Below, piece after piece: positions 8,596 to 18,047 of a stretch of 32,042 nt of DNA (the first letter of the stretch is position 1; every line of letters starts with the position of its first letter). The stretch is from a virus. Taxonomy: Duplodnaviria > Caudoviricetes. The stretch lies in the IMG/VR virus record IMGVR_UViG_3300012940_000071, positions 1-32,042 of that record; one strand, 5' to 3'. Below the pieces are notes generated by a model that was not told the origin of the DNA, ran no database searches, and saw nothing but the letters and a program-made list of their open reading frames with translations. The position numbers and the translations under genes were made by a program.

Positions 8596-8624
8596 GGGGC
8601 GGGGCTTCGGCCTCGCCTCCTTTT
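8596..8624 (+). terminator. Rho-independent terminator after capsid/cement genes
   Basis: GGGGCGGGGC-TTCG-GCCTCGCCTC stem with UUCG loop, then CTTTT. Confidence 0.8.
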
Positions 8625-8640
8625 CACAAGGAGAAATCAC

Positions 8641-8850
8641 ATGGCGATTACCGGCACCAACACCGAAAATCAGCGCATGAAGTTCGTTGCGGAGGAAATC
8701 GAGGCCACCACTTCGCTGACCGTCAATGGTCAGCCGGTTGACGGTTCGGCTCCCGATGCTTCGGCCATCCCGTTCTCTTCGGCCAACTTCACGGCGACCG
8801 ATGTCGCTGCGGCTCTGGAAGAGCTTTTCGCGGCTCTCCCATCAGGCTGA
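8641..8850 (+). CDS. small virion-type hypothetical protein, 69 aa
   Basis: AAGGAG RBS; ATDVAAALEEL motif typical of fibre-like proteins. Confidence 0.7.
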   Translation: MAITGTNTENQRMKFVAEEIEATTSLTVNGQPVDGSAPDASAIPFSSANFTATDVAAALEELFAALPSG

Positions 8851-9014
8851 TGGACGACGACACCATCTGGTCGCTGATTGATTTCAGCGAGCCAAAGAAG
8901 GCGGGCGGGGCGAAGGTTCCGCCCGTTTCCTCAAAGACCTGCCCGAAATGCGGCAAGCCGCTCGGACGCGGCGGGCATTTCCATGTCAAGCACTGCAAGG
9001 GACAGCCGAAATGA
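8850..9014 (+). CDS. small zinc-finger protein, 54 aa (not in ORF track)
   Basis: MDDDTIWSLIDFSEPKKAGGAKVPPVSSKTCPKCGKPLGRGGHFHVKHCKGQPK; TGATG and ATGA overlaps at both ends. Confidence 0.7.
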   Translation: MDDDTIWSLIDFSEPKKAGGAKVPPVSSKTCPKCGKPLGRGGHFHVKHCKGQPK

Positions 9015-9655
9015 CGACGCTATCCGACATGATGCAGGCCATAGCCGATGACGTGGACGATACCACGGGCGAATATGAAGGCCAGATCAAGCGCGCGGTA
9101 CAGGTTGCGCAGCGCTATTGCGAGCGTCATTCGTTCTACTTCAACGAAACCCGTGACGTGACATTCCCGACCATTGACGGGCAGGAATGGTATGACGGGA
9201 ACGATCATCCAGACATCCCCACTCTGGTGAGGATTGTTGCGGCCTATAGCGAGGATGCGCAGGGCCAGCGGACAACCATGATCCGCTCCACGCCGGAGGA
9301 ACTGGAAACCCTTTCCGACAATTCGGCTGCTTCCGGCGAGCCGTATTTGTGGACCTATTTCGACCAGAAGATTCGCCTGTATCCGATACCCGGCGCGTCT
9401 GTCTATACGATCCGCTTGCAGCTTGGACCGTACCGGCTAGCCCCGCTCGAGGAACCTGACGACACGAATGCATGGCTGAACGAAGCCTATGACATGATCA
9501 AGGCGCGGGCGAAGTACGTCCTTTACAAGGACACTCTGAAAGACGCCACGCTCGCCATGGAGGCGTTGAACGATTTTCAGGACCAGTTCAGCGCCCTGAA
9601 AGCCGAGACTTCCAGCAGGACGGGGAGCGGCTGCATCAAGCCGACCTGTTTCTGA
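9011..9655 (+). CDS. head-tail adaptor / tail tubular protein A-like, 214 aa
   Basis: Starts MTTLSDMMQAIADD; IRLYPIP...Y and DTNAWL motifs; position. Confidence 0.75.
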   Translation: MTTLSDMMQAIADDVDDTTGEYEGQIKRAVQVAQRYCERHSFYFNETRDVTFPTIDGQEWYDGNDHPDIPTLVRIVAAYSEDAQGQRTTMIRSTPEELETLSDNSAASGEPYLWTYFDQKIRLYPIPGASVYTIRLQLGPYRLAPLEEPDDTNAWLNEAYDMIKARAKYVLYKDTLKDATLAMEALNDFQDQFSALKAETSSRTGSGCIKPTCF

Positions 9656-11109
9656 TGGCGCTTATACCGTTTGCCGAGTGGAGGCCGGATACATCGGACC
9701 TGAACAGCCGCTTTACAGCCAACATTCTCAATGTTCTGTGCGCGGATGGTTCATATATCCCGTTCCCGTCCGAGGTTGCCTATACCGAAGCATTGCCGGA
9801 TGCCCCATTGGGCGCTTTCGTGGCGCGCTCCATGTCCGGTCAGGTGAGCATATTCGCCGGTACGGGCGACAAGCTCTACCGGATGAACAACACAACGCGC
9901 GATTGGGATGATGTCAGCCAGACGGGCGTGACCTACGCTGCGACGAGCGTTGCCAGATGGTCATTCACGCAATTCGGGCAATATGTCGTCGCGGTCAACG
10001 CGAATGATGATCCGCAATATTTCGACCTCGGAAGCTCCACCGAGTTCACGGACGTTCCGGGCAGCCCGCCGAGGGCAAAATTCGTGCGCACATGGGGCAA
10101 TTTCGTCGCTCTGCTTGGACTGACGAGCAATCCGAACCGCGTCCACTGGTCGGGTGTCAATGACATCACGCAATGGACGCCGGGAACGCTCAACTCCGAC
10201 TTTCAGGACTTCGAGGGCGGGGTTATACAGGGTTCCACGCAGGCGACAAACCCGATCATCTTTCTGGAACGGGCGATCTATGCCGGATCGTTCATTCCCG
10301 GATCGGTCAACGTGTTCACCTTCACGAAAGTGCAGGACGGGCGCGGCGTCAAGTCGCCCTATTCGATAGCAACGCGCGGTGAATTTGCGTTCTACGCCGA
10401 TGAGGGCGGGTTCTTTCAGATCGGCCCATCGGGAGAGGTGGCGAGCATCAGCTCGGAGAAGGTCGAACGGACGATCTTCGGAACCGTATCATCGCCGGAT
10501 GCAGCGCAGATCGTAGGCGCAATCGATCCATTCTATCCGCGTGTCTACTGGACGGCTGATTACACGGGCGGAGGTCATTACAACCGCCTGTTCATCTATG
10601 ACTGGAACCTTGGCAGGTGGTCACAGGCCGAAAGCGACAACCGGCTGATCTTCCCGGCAGCTACAGTCGGCTACACGCTTGAAGGGCTGGATGCGATAGG
10701 CGATCTGGATTCGCTGCCCTTCTCACTGGACAGCAAGGTTTGGCAGGGCGGCGCGCCTGTTCTTGCCGCGTTCAACCTCGATAATGAGCTTGTCCTTTAC
10801 AACGGGCAGGCGAAAGAGGCCACGCTTACGACGCAGGAAAGCGGTGACACGGGTGGGCAGGTGACTCTGGTCAAGAGCATCTATCCGATAGTCGATACGT
10901 CTGACGTTTTCATATCGGTTGGCTCACGCTTGAGGCGTTCGGACAACTTCACGTGGACCGCCGAGGGCGTTCCTTCCACGAATACCGGAACCGTTCACAA
11001 GAAGAGCAGGGGCCGCTTCCACAGGTTCAGAATGCGCATTCCTGCCGATGCGACATGGAACCATGCGCAGGGCGTTGATGCGACCGTGCAGCCGATGGGG
11101 ATGCGATGA
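9655..11109 (+). CDS. tail nozzle / tubular protein B (P22 gp10-like)
   Basis: Beta-propeller-like repeats (RVHWSG, YDWNLGRWS), C-terminal GRFHRFRM; position. Confidence 0.78.
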   Translation: MALIPFAEWRPDTSDLNSRFTANILNVLCADGSYIPFPSEVAYTEALPDAPLGAFVARSMSGQVSIFAGTGDKLYRMNNTTRDWDDVSQTGVTYAATSVARWSFTQFGQYVVAVNANDDPQYFDLGSSTEFTDVPGSPPRAKFVRTWGNFVALLGLTSNPNRVHWSGVNDITQWTPGTLNSDFQDFEGGVIQGSTQATNPIIFLERAIYAGSFIPGSVNVFTFTKVQDGRGVKSPYSIATRGEFAFYADEGGFFQIGPSGEVASISSEKVERTIFGTVSSPDAAQIVGAIDPFYPRVYWTADYTGGGHYNRLFIYDWNLGRWSQAESDNRLIFPAATVGYTLEGLDAIGDLDSLPFSLDSKVWQGGAPVLAAFNLDNELVLYNGQAKEATLTTQESGDTGGQVTLVKSIYPIVDTSDVFISVGSRLRRSDNFTWTAEGVPSTNTGTVHKKSRGRFHRFRMRIPADATWNHAQGVDATVQPMGMR

Positions 11110-11531
11110 TCCGCGTTGTGAGCACCCGCAACTGGTCGCAGGAAGAAATCGCGAAATACGGCAAGGACATCACTGCATCGTTTCAGAAGCTTGTCAGACG
11201 ATACCCCGACGATGTGACGGTTGAGAGCCTGTTTCAGGATTGCCTGTCGGGCGCAAAGGAATTGTGGCTCATCCTTGAGGATGACGAGTTTCTTGCGATG
11301 GCGATGACGCGCCTTGGCGAAACCGGCGCTGGAACGAAGCTTCTGACCATTGCCGATCTGGCGGGCAGGGGCTGGAAGAAATGGTTCGATGTCCTGGCGG
11401 ACACGCTGGAAGCTTATGCGGAAGAAAACGGCGCAATCCCGCAGTGGGAGGGGCGCTACGGATGGGGCAAGGCCGTTGCTGAAAAGCGCGGATATAAGCC
11501 GATGGCAGTTTTATACAGGAAGGTAGCCTAA
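11106..11531 (+). CDS. tail assembly protein, GNAT-like fold (T7 gp13/P22 gp14 position)
   Basis: ELWLI...LAG...GRYGW pattern; synteny between nozzle and ejection genes. Confidence 0.55.
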   Translation: MIRVVSTRNWSQEEIAKYGKDITASFQKLVRRYPDDVTVESLFQDCLSGAKELWLILEDDEFLAMAMTRLGETGAGTKLLTIADLAGRGWKKWFDVLADTLEAYAEENGAIPQWEGRYGWGKAVAEKRGYKPMAVLYRKVA

Positions 11532-12769
11532 TGGGTGGAACTTCAAAAACCGTTCAGGAGAACAAACCCCCGAAATGGGCTGAGGGGCTTTTCTCCCAAT
11601 CCGCAGACGTGGCAAGCGATCTCTTCAATTCCGGCTCGGGCGGCAACCCATACATGGGGTCAGCGGTTGCCGATCTTTCCGGGACTACAATGCAGGGCGT
11701 CAACCAGCTTGCCAATGCGGGCCAGAACTGGGACACGTCCGGCACCCGTGACCTGTTCGGGCAGATCGGCGCGGCGGCGGCATCCAATCCGTTCGTAAGC
11801 CAGTTGCAGGGCCTTGCTGGTGGCATTCAGGGCGGCACCACCAACACGTCAGGCATTCAGGGCGGGCAGACGGACGTTTCCGGCATCAATGCGAACAATG
11901 TGAGCGCCGCCGATTACCGTGGCATCCTTGACCGCGCACAGCAGCCGACAGCCGCAAGTCAGTACCTACAGGACTACGCTTCCGGCGCGTATCTCAATGG
12001 CGAGGGCAATCCGTTCTATCGCCAGAACCTTGAGCGCGATCTCGACAGCACGGCAGCGCAGGTTCAGAGCCTCATGGCTGGTGCGGGGAGGACCGGCTCC
12101 GGTGTCCATGTCGGGACGCTCACGGATGCTCTTTCCGGTCAGCGATTGCAGGCGCTCGAAAACGACTGGAACCGCGAGCAGGCGAACCAGTTCAATGCGG
12201 TAGGCATGCTCGATGCAGCCAATCAGGGTGCGCTTGCAAGCCAGCTTGGCGCGGCGGGTGGAATTGCAGGCATCAATACGGGCAATGCGGATCGCGCCTT
12301 GCAGGCCGGCATTTCCCGTGCCGGGTTCAGTGCCGGTGATCTTGACCGTGCCTTGCAGGCGGGGACGGCAAGAGCCGGGTTCCAGCAGGCCGATCTTGAT
12401 CGCGGTCTTTCCGCAGCGGGCTTGCAAGGCAATCTGCTCGGGCAGGCGGGCGATATGTATTCGTCCGGCCTTGGTCAGGCTCAGACGGCAGCACAATCGA
12501 TGGCCGGTCTTGACCAGCAGAATTTCGAAAACCGTCTTGCCGGTGCGGGCGCTACGTTGCAGGCTGGTCAGCTTCTCGACAATCAGGCGCAGCAGCAGCT
12601 TTCGGATGAGGTCCGACGCTTCTATGAGGCGGACAATGCGGACTGGACGCGACTTGGCATGTTGCAGGCAGCGGCAGCGGGCGCGGCTGGGCCGTATGGC
12701 ACACAGATTGCCACACAGCGCACCAATCCCGGCCTTGGCAGCATTCTTGGATTGATGGGAGGTAAATGA
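11531..12769 (+). CDS. DNA ejection / internal virion protein (first)
   Basis: MGG start, G/A/Q-rich with internal repeats, hydrophobic G-rich C-terminus. Confidence 0.7.
   Translation: MGGTSKTVQENKPPKWAEGLFSQSADVASDLFNSGSGGNPYMGSAVADLSGTTMQGVNQLANAGQNWDTSGTRDLFGQIGAAAASNPFVSQLQGLAGGIQGGTTNTSGIQGGQTDVSGINANNVSAADYRGILDRAQQPTAASQYLQDYASGAYLNGEGNPFYRQNLERDLDSTAAQVQSLMAGAGRTGSGVHVGTLTDALSGQRLQALENDWNREQANQFNAVGMLDAANQGALASQLGAAGGIAGINTGNADRALQAGISRAGFSAGDLDRALQAGTARAGFQQADLDRGLSAAGLQGNLLGQAGDMYSSGLGQAQTAAQSMAGLDQQNFENRLAGAGATLQAGQLLDNQAQQQLSDEVRRFYEADNADWTRLGMLQAAAAGAAGPYGTQIATQRTNPGLGSILGLMGGK
12284..12430 (+). repeat. about 3 x 54-bp (18-aa) coding repeats DRALQAG..RAGF
   Basis: Asp codons at 12290, 12344, 12398. 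Confidence 0.75.
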
Positions 12770-13170
12770 TGGCCGTAATGCAGCCTTCCAAGGGCGGAAG
12801 CAATCTTGCCCAATCATTTCTCGGGAATACTGCCACGCAGGCGGCTCCCTTGCCGCAGATAACCGCACCGCAGGGCTTCTCCACGCCCCAGCCCGCGCCC
12901 ATGCCCGCGCCACAGCCGATAGGGACGATGGCCCCGCCTGAAATGCGCAAGGAGTGGTACAACACCATGACGGGCGAAGCCATGCCGAATTACCGGCCCC
13001 GCCCGTGGATGTCATCCATGAAAGATATGGGGATAATTCCCGCACAGCGGGAGGTTCCGGTTGCTCCTGCCGCGCAGCCGCAAATGGCCCCTCAACCATC
13101 CCGTTATCAGCAGATTGCGCAGGCTATCAATGACAGGGCTATTGCCCGTCTGAACAGCGGAGGCCGCTAA
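12766..13170 (+). CDS. Pro/Gln/Met-rich hypothetical, probable internal virion protein
   Basis: GGAGG RBS; coupled overlaps at both ends. Confidence 0.65.
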   Translation: MMAVMQPSKGGSNLAQSFLGNTATQAAPLPQITAPQGFSTPQPAPMPAPQPIGTMAPPEMRKEWYNTMTGEAMPNYRPRPWMSSMKDMGIIPAQREVPVAPAAQPQMAPQPSRYQQIAQAINDRAIARLNSGGR

Positions 13171-14450
13171 TGCCGGGGATTCTTGATCTACTTGCCGGGA
13201 TTGTTGGTCCGCAGCAGCAGGCCCCGAACCAGCTTGCCGCTGTTGGCAATATCGCCCCTTCGCGCTTTGACGGCCCCGGCATGTTTTCCGATCCCGGAGT
13301 GCAGGCCGCGCTTGCAGGAATGCGCCAGAACGCGCCACAGTTGCCCGCACAGGCGCAACAGGCCCCGCAGGCTATCCAAGGCCAGCCGATGCCACAACGC
13401 GCGCCAGCGGCTCAATCTGGCGGGAATGGCGGTCCTTTAGGGGGCATAGGCGATTTCCTTGGCGATATTCTCATGCCGCAACGCTCGGCAAAGAACCGCA
13501 CGGTTCAGTGGTTGCAGCAGCAGGGCATGGACGAGGGCACAGCCACCTTGCTCGCGGGCAACAAGAACGCTCTTCAAAGCTATCTCTTGCAGCGGACGCA
13601 GGGCGCGGACCCGAAAGAAGCGTTGCAACTGGAAAAGCTTGGCCTTGAAATCGAGCAGATGCGCAATCCGACCACTGACGACATTCGCGAATATCAGTTT
13701 GCGCGTCAGAATGGCTACGAAGGCACGTTTGCAGATTGGCGAGCTGGTGGAGCATCCAAACCGTCCGCCATTCAGGAATATGAGTATGCCAAGCAACAGG
13801 GCTTCCCTGGAACCTTCCAGGACTGGGAGGCGTCCAAGAAGGGCGGCATGAGCCTACAGGTCGATCCCGCAACGGGCGCGGTTACATTCCAGCAGGGCGG
13901 CAACATCAAGCCCATGACGGAGGCTCAATCCAAGGATGCCGTTTTTGCGACAAGGGCGGAAGGTGCGTTAAAGGTTTTGGATGGTCGCGTAGACCCGAAT
14001 GACCCGCAATCACCCTACCTTTCCGACTCCCTCACAAGCCTGCCGGAGGCCGTTGGTGGTAAAACCCCAATGGTCGGCAATTACATGAAGTCACCGGAAT
14101 ACCAGCGAGCCGAGCAGGCGGGGCTTGAGTTCCTGCAAGCCATCCTCCGCAAGGATACCGGTGCGGCCATCACGTCGCAGGAACAGACCGAATATGGCCG
14201 CGTCTATCTTCCGCAGCCCGGTGACGGCCCGCAGGTTCTTGAACAAAAGCGCCAATCCCGGCAACGGGCGCTTGAGGCGCTAAAGGCTGGTATGCCTCCG
14301 CAGGCCATCCTTGCGCAGGAAAAGGCGCTTTCTCGCGGGCAGCAAACCCCGACAGAAGAACAGTACCTTGACCAACAATATCGCGGCACAGGCCGTCCCG
14401 GCTCGTGGCGTGATGTAGGCGGCGGCGTCAAGATCAGAAGGGTTCAGTAA
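13170..14450 (+). CDS. DNA ejection protein (P22 gp20-like position)
   Basis: LRKDTGAAI..QE...Y.PQPGD motif; two 29-aa repeats IxEY.FA.Q.G..GTF.DW at about 13668-13845. Confidence 0.7.
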   Translation: MPGILDLLAGIVGPQQQAPNQLAAVGNIAPSRFDGPGMFSDPGVQAALAGMRQNAPQLPAQAQQAPQAIQGQPMPQRAPAAQSGGNGGPLGGIGDFLGDILMPQRSAKNRTVQWLQQQGMDEGTATLLAGNKNALQSYLLQRTQGADPKEALQLEKLGLEIEQMRNPTTDDIREYQFARQNGYEGTFADWRAGGASKPSAIQEYEYAKQQGFPGTFQDWEASKKGGMSLQVDPATGAVTFQQGGNIKPMTEAQSKDAVFATRAEGALKVLDGRVDPNDPQSPYLSDSLTSLPEAVGGKTPMVGNYMKSPEYQRAEQAGLEFLQAILRKDTGAAITSQEQTEYGRVYLPQPGDGPQVLEQKRQSRQRALEALKAGMPPQAILAQEKALSRGQQTPTEEQYLDQQYRGTGRPGSWRDVGGGVKIRRVQ

Positions 14451-16432
14451 TGCCCGTTTATGAAATCGACGTTCGCGGCGCGAAATACGAGATCGACGCG
14501 CCGGACGATGCAGCGGCAGAAAGCGCGGCGAAGAACCTTGCTCGCCAGCCGCAGCATTTCGAGTTTGATCCGGCGAACGTACCGCAGGGGCAAACCGGCC
14601 CGCAGGATAACGATTTGCTCGCTGGCCTGTCCGGCGCTGTCGAGGGTATCCCCGTTGTCGGTCCCTATTTGCAGTCTGGCGTGGAAAACCTGTCTGCCGG
14701 TATCGGATCACTGTTGACTGGCGAAGATCGTCAGAAAGTCCGCTCCGAAATGGGCGGAATGGTGGACAAGGCGCAGGCGGATAATCCAATCACAGCGCAG
14801 GTTGCGGGAACACTTGGCGCGATTGCCGGTACGGCTCCGATGGTTATGGCCGCTCCGGGTCTGTTTGGCGCAGGCGCTGGCCCGCTAGGTGCGGGTATCC
14901 TTGGGCGCTCGGCCATGGGCGCTGCATCTGGTGCGGTTCTAGGCGGCGCGGACGCTGGCGTTCGCTCTGGTGGAGATATGGGCGACATTGCCCTTGGCGC
15001 TGGCCTTGGCGGTGTTCTTGGTGGCGCGGGGCCTGCTATTGGTGAATTAGCTGGCATGGGCGCTCGCGCGATAGGCTCGCGCATGGGGCGCTCTCCCTCC
15101 GCTGCGCAAAACCTGTTTTCCCAAGCTGCCGGTGCGGATGCTATCGATGATGTCGGACGCGGCCTTTCGCAGATGGGGCCGGATGCCCTGCCGATGGACC
15201 TCGGCCCGAACCTTCGCGCCACTGCCGGTGCGCTAGGCTCCACGCCGGGGCGCAACCAGCAGATAATCCGCTCCGCGGTAGGGGACAGGCAGGCGGCGGC
15301 AGGCACTCGCATTGCCGGTGCACTTGACGATGCGCTAGGCCAGTCGGTCGATACGCTGGCGGTGGCGGATGACATCATCGCCCGTCGCGGTGCAGCAGCA
15401 AAGCCTTTGTATGACGCGGCCTATTCAAAGCCGGTACCGTTTACGAAGGAACTGGAAAGCCTTCTCAAGCGCCCATCGGTCGGGCGCGCATTGTCGAAGG
15501 CACGGGGGCTTGCCGCAGACGAGGGCATCCCGTCGCAGCAGTGGTTTGCGAACATCGCGGATGATGGCAAGGTAACAATCAAGAACGTCCCCGATGTTCG
15601 CCAGCTTGACCTTACCAAACGCGCATTGGATGACATGATATCCGCCGCACAAAGGGCAGGCAACAACAATGAGGCCCGCATTCTGACGCAGCAAAAGAAC
15701 CTTCTGGTCAAGATGGTTGACGATGCGGTTCCTGAATATGCCGCCGCCCGTCAGGCATTCTCCGGTCCAACCGCTGTTCTGGATGCGATGGAAGAAGGCC
15801 GGAACGCCTTCAAGAACAGCGTGACGCCTAGCCAGTTGCGCAAGCAGTTGGCTGGCATGGGGCAGGCCGAAAGAGAAGCGTATATTCAGGGCGCACGTTC
15901 GCAAGTTGCGGATATCATGGGGACGGCTCGCAATGATGCGAATTCAGCCCGCACAGCCTTCCAGAAGGGTTACAATAAGGAAAAGCTTGAACTGCTCATC
16001 GGCAAAGATCAGGCGAAGCGGCTTATGGACACCCTTGATGCCGAAACGGCGTTCTTCAACACCAACAAGGAAATCAACCATCAGTCTGTTACAGCGGGCA
16101 GGAAGGAGGCGATGAAGGGAACGCGCGTTGCTACGGAACCCGGCATCTTGCGATCCGCTGACATTTCCAAGCCCGGTGAGATATTGGGCCGCATTGGTGA
16201 CAGGCTTTCCGGTAGTTCGCGCGAAGCGGTACAAGAGAGCGTCAATACAGAGCTTGCGCAGCTTCTTACATCACGCGATCCGCAGTCGCTAACCCGCATT
16301 ATCAAGATAGCGCAGGCCGCGCAGCGCAGGGGGGATATTTCGGCTCAGAGGGCAAGGGAAATAATTCAAAGCGCCATGAGCGGCGGCGCAGTGCGCAGAC
16401 CGTTGGAAATGGCTGTTACGCCGAACCGATAA
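14450..16432 (+). CDS. large DNA ejection protein (P22 gp16-like position)
   Basis: G/A-rich membrane-like segment, AKPLYDAAY, LDLTKRALDD, VPEYAAARQAF motifs. Confidence 0.72.
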   Translation: MPVYEIDVRGAKYEIDAPDDAAAESAAKNLARQPQHFEFDPANVPQGQTGPQDNDLLAGLSGAVEGIPVVGPYLQSGVENLSAGIGSLLTGEDRQKVRSEMGGMVDKAQADNPITAQVAGTLGAIAGTAPMVMAAPGLFGAGAGPLGAGILGRSAMGAASGAVLGGADAGVRSGGDMGDIALGAGLGGVLGGAGPAIGELAGMGARAIGSRMGRSPSAAQNLFSQAAGADAIDDVGRGLSQMGPDALPMDLGPNLRATAGALGSTPGRNQQIIRSAVGDRQAAAGTRIAGALDDALGQSVDTLAVADDIIARRGAAAKPLYDAAYSKPVPFTKELESLLKRPSVGRALSKARGLAADEGIPSQQWFANIADDGKVTIKNVPDVRQLDLTKRALDDMISAAQRAGNNNEARILTQQKNLLVKMVDDAVPEYAAARQAFSGPTAVLDAMEEGRNAFKNSVTPSQLRKQLAGMGQAEREAYIQGARSQVADIMGTARNDANSARTAFQKGYNKEKLELLIGKDQAKRLMDTLDAETAFFNTNKEINHQSVTAGRKEAMKGTRVATEPGILRSADISKPGEILGRIGDRLSGSSREAVQESVNTELAQLLTSRDPQSLTRIIKIAQAAQRRGDISAQRAREIIQSAMSGGAVRRPLEMAVTPNR

Positions 16433-16793
16433 CGAATCCGCCAAATGCAAGCAGAAGAAAGCCTGCAAGGTATACTCTGCCTATCCATGCAGATTTCCTG
16501 TCAGCGTTACGATTTAAAAACCCCAAACTGACGAGTGTAACGCCAATCGCCCCAACGGCTATCCCGGCGATTGCGCCCATGAATATGTGGAATGGCGTGG
16601 TTAGCGGCTCTCTTAGGCCATGGAACCAGAAGAAGGCAGCTAAAGAGGCTGGCAGCAAGAGAAGCCAAAGGCAATAAAATGCGCTTTCCTGTCCGGGGGC
16701 TTCCGTTTTGTGGAAACGCCAAATAACGGCGAACCAAAGGCAAAAGACAAAAGAAGCCGCAGCTATAGGCGGGTAGAGGTCGGCAACGGTCAT
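16416..16793 (-). CDS. 4-TM integral membrane protein (moron; candidate superinfection exclusion)
   Basis: Four hydrophobic stretches; antisense to late operon; lower GC. Confidence 0.7.
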   Translation of the reverse strand: MTVADLYPPIAAASFVFCLWFAVIWRFHKTEAPGQESAFYCLWLLLLPASLAAFFWFHGLREPLTTPFHIFMGAIAGIAVGAIGVTLVSLGFLNRNADRKSAWIGRVYLAGFLLLAFGGFVIGSA

Positions 16794-16797
16794 TACG

Positions 16798-17127
16798 TCA
16801 CCATGTAGTGCAGCTTACAGACCCCCAAGTGGTCCTGCTGCAATTGGTTGTCACTGGTCTGCTTGCTTCCATTGCCGCCCCCATATTGGCTAGGGAGCGA
16901 CCGATGCGGCGGCGGGTCTCGATTGCATTTCGCCGGTTGGCTTCATCGGAAATGGCCTCCTGACGGACGCACATTTGCAATTCTGCTTTGGTTTTGACGC
17001 CCTGTTCATAGCAACGCTTGTTCAGATCAGCGGCATAAGCGCGAAGCTCTGAATAACTCATCTCTGTTACTGGCTTAGACTGACAAGCGCACAAAGCCAA
17101 TACGGGCAGCAAACACAAAAACCTCAT
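16798..17127 (-). CDS. lipoprotein, 109 aa (moron)
   Basis: GGAGG RBS; MRFLCLLPVLALCAC|QSK signal peptide II lipobox; two further Cys pairs. Confidence 0.75.
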   Translation of the reverse strand: MRFLCLLPVLALCACQSKPVTEMSYSELRAYAADLNKRCYEQGVKTKAELQMCVRQEAISDEANRRNAIETRRRIGRSLANMGAAMEASRPVTTNCSRTTWGSVSCTTW

Positions 17128-17150
17128 CGGACCCCTCCGCACAAGTCCAG

Positions 17151-17179
17151 ATAATACCAATTCACCGCACTGCCGTCCA
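17151..17179 (-). promoter_or_regulatory. putative sigma70 promoter for the moron operon
   Basis: Minus strand TGGACG-N17-TATTAT. Confidence 0.55.
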
Positions 17180-17198
17180 TGGGGCGGCTTTTTCTTTT
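17172..17198 (+). terminator. Rho-independent terminator within late operon
   Basis: GCCGTCC-ATG-GGGCGGC followed by TTTTTCTTTT. Confidence 0.75.
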
Positions 17199-17210
17199 GA
17201 GGAAAGCTGA

Positions 17211-18047
17211 ATGGCGACACCATACATCCGCTATGCCAATCAAGGCGCTACGCGAAGCCTTCCGCTGAGTGACAGGCTGATATCAGCCCTTGGCTATTTG
17301 GGCGATCTTGGCGTTACGGCAGAGGTGTTTTCAGGTGGCCAGCCATCGGAGGGGCCGAACCGCGTTGGTTCGCATCGCCATGACCACGGCAATGCCTCTG
17401 ACGTATTCTTCTACAAGGACGGGCGCAAGCTCGATTGGGCAAATCCGCAGGATCGCCCGATTTTCGAGGAAATTGTCAGGCGCGGCAAGGCTGCGGGCAT
17501 AACGGGGTTCGGTGCTGGCCCCGGATACATGCAAGCCGGGTCAATGCATGTCGGCTTTGGTTCTCCTGCCGTATGGGGCGCGGGCGGCAAGAGTGACAAC
17601 GCGCCCGATTGGTTGCGCTCCGCATTCTACGGGACGCCCGCTCCGCAGGCCGCGCCGGAACAGCAGCAAGCGTCAATTACGCCTCCGTCGCCCTCATCTC
17701 CAGCCGGTGGCGCTCGTGCTGCCTCCGAAATCCAGCCAATGGGATCGCTTGCACCGCAACAGGGCGGCGGGCTGCTGGCGGAAACGCAGCCTCAATCGCC
17801 ATTCGGCGGCATTCTTGGCAGGGTATTGGGCAACAACTCGCCAATCCCGACCGATGTTGCTTCGTTCGCCACAGCCAAGGAACCGCAAAGCCTCGGCAAT
17901 CGGCTGGCGAGGGCAGGCAAGATAATGGACGCCTTCACGCCCGATCCGCCCCGTATCAGCGGCGGCATGGGCGATGCGCGCGCCAGCGGCGATACGCTTC
18001 TCAAATACCTGCAATCCATGAAATCCAAAGGCAGAGGGATCGCCTGA
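17211..18047 (+). CDS. virion-associated Zn peptidase (M15/LAS-type peptidoglycan hydrolase) with low-complexity C-terminus
   Basis: GSHRHDHGNASD (H-x6-D) and downstream SMHVG. Confidence 0.65.
   Translation: MATPYIRYANQGATRSLPLSDRLISALGYLGDLGVTAEVFSGGQPSEGPNRVGSHRHDHGNASDVFFYKDGRKLDWANPQDRPIFEEIVRRGKAAGITGFGAGPGYMQAGSMHVGFGSPAVWGAGGKSDNAPDWLRSAFYGTPAPQAAPEQQQASITPPSPSSPAGGARAASEIQPMGSLAPQQGGGLLAETQPQSPFGGILGRVLGNNSPIPTDVASFATAKEPQSLGNRLARAGKIMDAFTPDPPRISGGMGDARASGDTLLKYLQSMKSKGRGIA

Noticed and set aside
17609-18046. N-terminal 146 aa of the 691-aa fibre ORF
   Set aside because: Overlaps the M15 gene in another frame; TGATG coupling and the anchor motif place the start at 18047.
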